This document shows, piece by piece, positions 60,801-64,000 of a stretch of DNA of 64,000 nt (positions are counted from its first letter, which is position 1; every line of letters begins with the position of its first letter). The notes beneath the pieces were generated by a model that saw nothing but the letters and a program-made list of their open reading frames with translations, did not search any database and had not been told where the DNA came from. Source of the stretch: Raillietiella orientalis (taxonomy: Eukaryota); the NCBI GenBank assembly GCA_036172245.1, contig JAYWIR010000003.1, positions 1,736,001-1,800,000 of the forward strand, in the 5' to 3' direction. Both the position numbers and the translations under genes were made by a program.

Positions 60801-61389
60801 TCCAATTTCATCCCTACACACACTTAAGAAAATGATCCGAAGGTAAAAAAAAACAAGGTTTCACATCAACAAACAAGAGGAAAAAAATGTAAAATCATCG
60901 ACTTATTCTGTACATAAATTCACTTTACTCTCGGAATAACTCAGAAATACTATCCAAAACAGTGTAATAACAATCTATCGTAATAACGTCCATTAACCGT
61001 CCAAGAACTCTCATAAGTAATGGGCACTGAACTTTAAAAAAGAAAACAAAATCAAACATTCTTTATAAACGTTTACTGAGCACGTGAACTTTTTATTCCG
61101 AGATGTTGCAGCCACAGTCAAAATCAGTACAAGTCATTCTTCAGTGATGTTTCTGGGTAATGTTTTGGTGAGCACACGAGCACAGCTCAACTGAAATTCA
61201 TTTCAATGGAACACTCGAGTAAAAATGGGCTACTTCAGTCATTACTTTATTTCAAAGCTGATTCCCAATATCAAACTGTAAATGGTATGCTTACTTATAA
61301 TTTTTAAAAGAATTAACAATCCTTTGGAAATGACGCTTTTCTTCTTCCTCGTCTATGTCATTAACTGCTCCGTTCACTTCAGAAGGCAT
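57852..61389 (-). CDS. CARNMT1: Carnosine N-methyltransferase (UPF0586/N2227 family), complete 6-exon CDS of about 362 aa
   Basis: Minus-strand exons 61295-61389, 58833-59040, 58637-58782, 58446-58586, 58004-58400 and 57852-57953 splice in frame (1089 nt). They give MPSEV...[17 protein letters not shown]...[24 protein letters not shown]...[28 protein letters not shown]...[12 protein letters not shown]...[15 protein letters not shown]...[18 protein letters not shown]...FFVCHKPE*. These are the family's characteristic motifs, including the SAM-binding VPGAGLGRL. Confidence 0.95.
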
Positions 61390-62739
61390 TGTTATGGCAC
61401 ATGTGCACCCACCATACACGCACACCCACCTTCCTTCACTGACAGGCCGACTGGCCTTTATAAAGAACAGACTTACCACTAAACGCTCAAATGTTTTCGA
61501 ATTAATTATTGCGCATTCGATTAAGTCATTTGAAAAGAAAATTCACAGATTTATCAAATTCCCAGCATGTGATCTTTTCAAAGTTGTGAAGCAGAAGAAT
61601 TACCGTAGTCTGTTAGCCAAAATAATTTACATCGATGCAAATTAACATTACCAAAAAAAAATTTTATAAGAGAAAGAAAACAAGAAAATGTAAAGTTTAT
61701 GCTTACATATACGGATTGCAGTTTGTCTCTTGATTTTGATACTGTTGTTTATGTTTTCCTTTGTGTGTGTGTGTGTCTGTGTGTGTGGTTTTGTCATTAG
61801 AATGCCAGAAAGAAATTGGAATAATTCTTAGGATTGAACATCGAGTTTTGTGTTTAATGTGTTTCTCATGATGTGTTTTATTTACAAATCCACTGAATTT
61901 ATTGTATTTATTAAGCCAACAAAAAAAATACGTCAAAGTGCTGCATTTTAATGAAAAATTTTCAATTAGTAATTAGCATTCTAAAGAATTTATTAAAGTA
62001 CACCGTCATCAGAGTGATTTTATTACAAGGAACGGTTCGAGTATGAAGTCATATGTGCTCATAATTTCAGTTGCAGATTCCATTTTATAATAAATGATTT
62101 ATTTCAAAACTGTACTTCCAGACTGGCAATAAAATGCTTCCCAAGGCTTAGTATGGTGGTTGGTATTTTAGTTCAACCAATAAATAGATTACACTAAGTT
62201 GCTGTTTAGATGAAGACTTGCCGGTTCTTGGATTTTTAATGCGAAATTTTAAATGAAGTTGGATATTAAAGCTGTGAATTTCATCGCATTTAAATTGACT
62301 GATGCAACCAAACAAGTGTACTTGGTAAATAAGCTCTGAATAAAAATTCAGCGATTAAGTCCAAATTATGAATTGCAAATTTTGTAGGTAATTTTCCATT
62401 TTTACTCATTTTAATTTGAGATGAGTCAGTACATCTGGATTGGAAAATCATTTTGGCCATCAATATCTGTAGTACTGTTAATCATTTGTTTTATTTTTAA
62501 TTTTCGTGACACTTAAATATTTGTTTTCTCCAAGGCTAGCTATCACTTACTGAGCTCTATGTTTGATCCATTTTGAGTTCCCTTGCTCTTATCCCTATGT
62601 GAAGATTATTTTTTTCTCCCTTTAATATATCCCGATGCACATATTCTAATATTCAGCAGTTTACTATAGGAGGGTATTTTTCACACAGTTTTAAGGAAAC
62701 AAGAAAACAAGAGTGTTCCAGTTTTGGGGGTTTTTTTTT

Positions 62740-63727
62740 TTTAGACTTAGCTGTGAATAGTTATGATCCTGAAATTCAAAACATGAGAATATGCAATCGA
62801 AAAATTCAATCTAGCAAACAAATAGAATTTAAAATCAATCGAATTTCAATCCCTTTATTATAAAGTTGCAATCTGATCTACGTCTCAGCTAGTTTTACTC
62901 TTACTATGAATAATAGATTCGATATCATTATATTTATGCGATGGGCTGAGACAAGTACTTGCCTCATAGAATTTTTCAGATCATTTGGATATATTGCCAC
63001 ATTGACTCGAATAATTAACAACTTTTAGTTCAGTGCAAATGGTACAATAACTAGAATAATGAGAGTTTAGACAATACTTTACTCGATTGCACAGCTGTTA
63101 TTCATTTGTCATTTAACATAGATAGAGCACAATCCCATTTCATTAATTGTTTGATTAAGTGAAATTAACTACTCTAAAAATTCAAAAAAATACTCAAGCA
63201 AAATATGCTATGCAAGATGTTTCAGTGAATGCAAAATTCAAACGACAAAGAAACTACTTATTCCTATATCTGTTCCATATCGAACAGATTTACAGCAAGC
63301 AGCAAAGAAAAGCATGAATTCCCCCCCCCCCCCTTCCCCTCAGTGTACCAGTCTAGAATTCATTTACTTGACAATATCTGTTGTCTCCAAGAAATCTTTT
63401 TGTAAACCGAAAAGAAGGACAAAGATTCGGTCATCATACACAGATAGAGCCATAGCCAACCATCAATAGAAAGATTCTAGGAAAAAAAAATCGATATGCT
63501 CTTAGAGAAATCCATTTATATCTTTCGAATACAACTTAGAAATGTGAAACGACAACACACCTTATGAGGAATGAAATAATTGACAAATCCGAATACTTCA
63601 TTCATAATCTGGCACTTAACAGGCTCCGATAAAACTCAGATTAGAGAGCTCGCTAGATTGAATTTTTCGATTGTATACTCTCATGTCTTGAACTTCAGGA
63701 TCATAACTATTGACAGCTAAGTCTAAA
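62740..63727. mobile_element. ~1-kb non-autonomous TIR element (MITE-like)
   Basis: 62740-62815 (ttagacttagctgtgaatagttatgatcctgaaattcaaaacatgagaatatgcaatcgaaaaattcaatctagc) is the inverted complement of 63652-63727 with about 5 mismatches. Confidence 0.75.
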
Positions 63728-64000
63728 CAAGAGCCGATTTCTTGGCAGATCACAAAAATCTGCTATCTTGGGACTATTCTAATTTAGCAAGTTACAAGTT
63801 GAATTTATATGCTCCACAGCTTATATTTGTAGACAGAGATACCATTAAATTTTCTACTGATGGAGTAAAAACGGAAAGTCGGAATTGTATCTTAAGTTAT
63901 AAACAAAGAAGAAAAAATTCATTAAATTTGACTATTTGGAAATTAATTAAAATGCTTCTTATCACCTCAAGAGTCAGAAATCTGAGAAAAAACATAAATT

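Noticed and set aside
61390..61479. Upstream GTG-initiated extension of CARNMT1 in the ORF track
   Set aside because: Non-ATG start under eukaryotic rules; the first in-frame ATG is at 61389.
1..64000. CRISPR arrays, operons, rRNA/tRNA genes, prokaryotic defence systems
   Set aside because: No regularly spaced repeat-spacer array or RNA-gene structure was seen. The sequence is intron-containing eukaryotic DNA and most ORF-track entries are spurious.

Overview
Eukaryotic (probably arthropod-like invertebrate) genomic DNA with spliceosomal introns; nothing prokaryotic, and no CRISPR, rRNA or tRNA that I can support. There are three compartments. (1) About 1-37 kb is a gene-free graveyard of decayed elements: a mariner transposase remnant, a TIR MITE, L1/Tx1, R2/NeSL and possible Penelope retroelement remnants, and a neuralized-like RING pseudogene. 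It also holds several frameshifted, intronless reading frames that, read by eye, follow motif order in orthomyxovirus-like (Articulavirales) proteins: two PA-like, one PB2-like, and one NP-like insert bounded by a perfect 17-bp direct repeat. (2) 38.4-54.9 kb holds a GC-rich, 17-exon (5' end not found) type-I membrane protein gene with about 12 EGF modules, a Ser/Thr-rich stalk, a SEA-like region, one TM helix and a short tail. (3) Beyond about 57 kb the DNA turns AT-rich and holds a complete 6-exon carnosine N-methyltransferase (CARNMT1) gene on the minus strand with 45-50 bp introns, then a ~1 kb TIR element. All viral and transposon assignments come from visual motif comparison with remembered sequences and need database confirmation.
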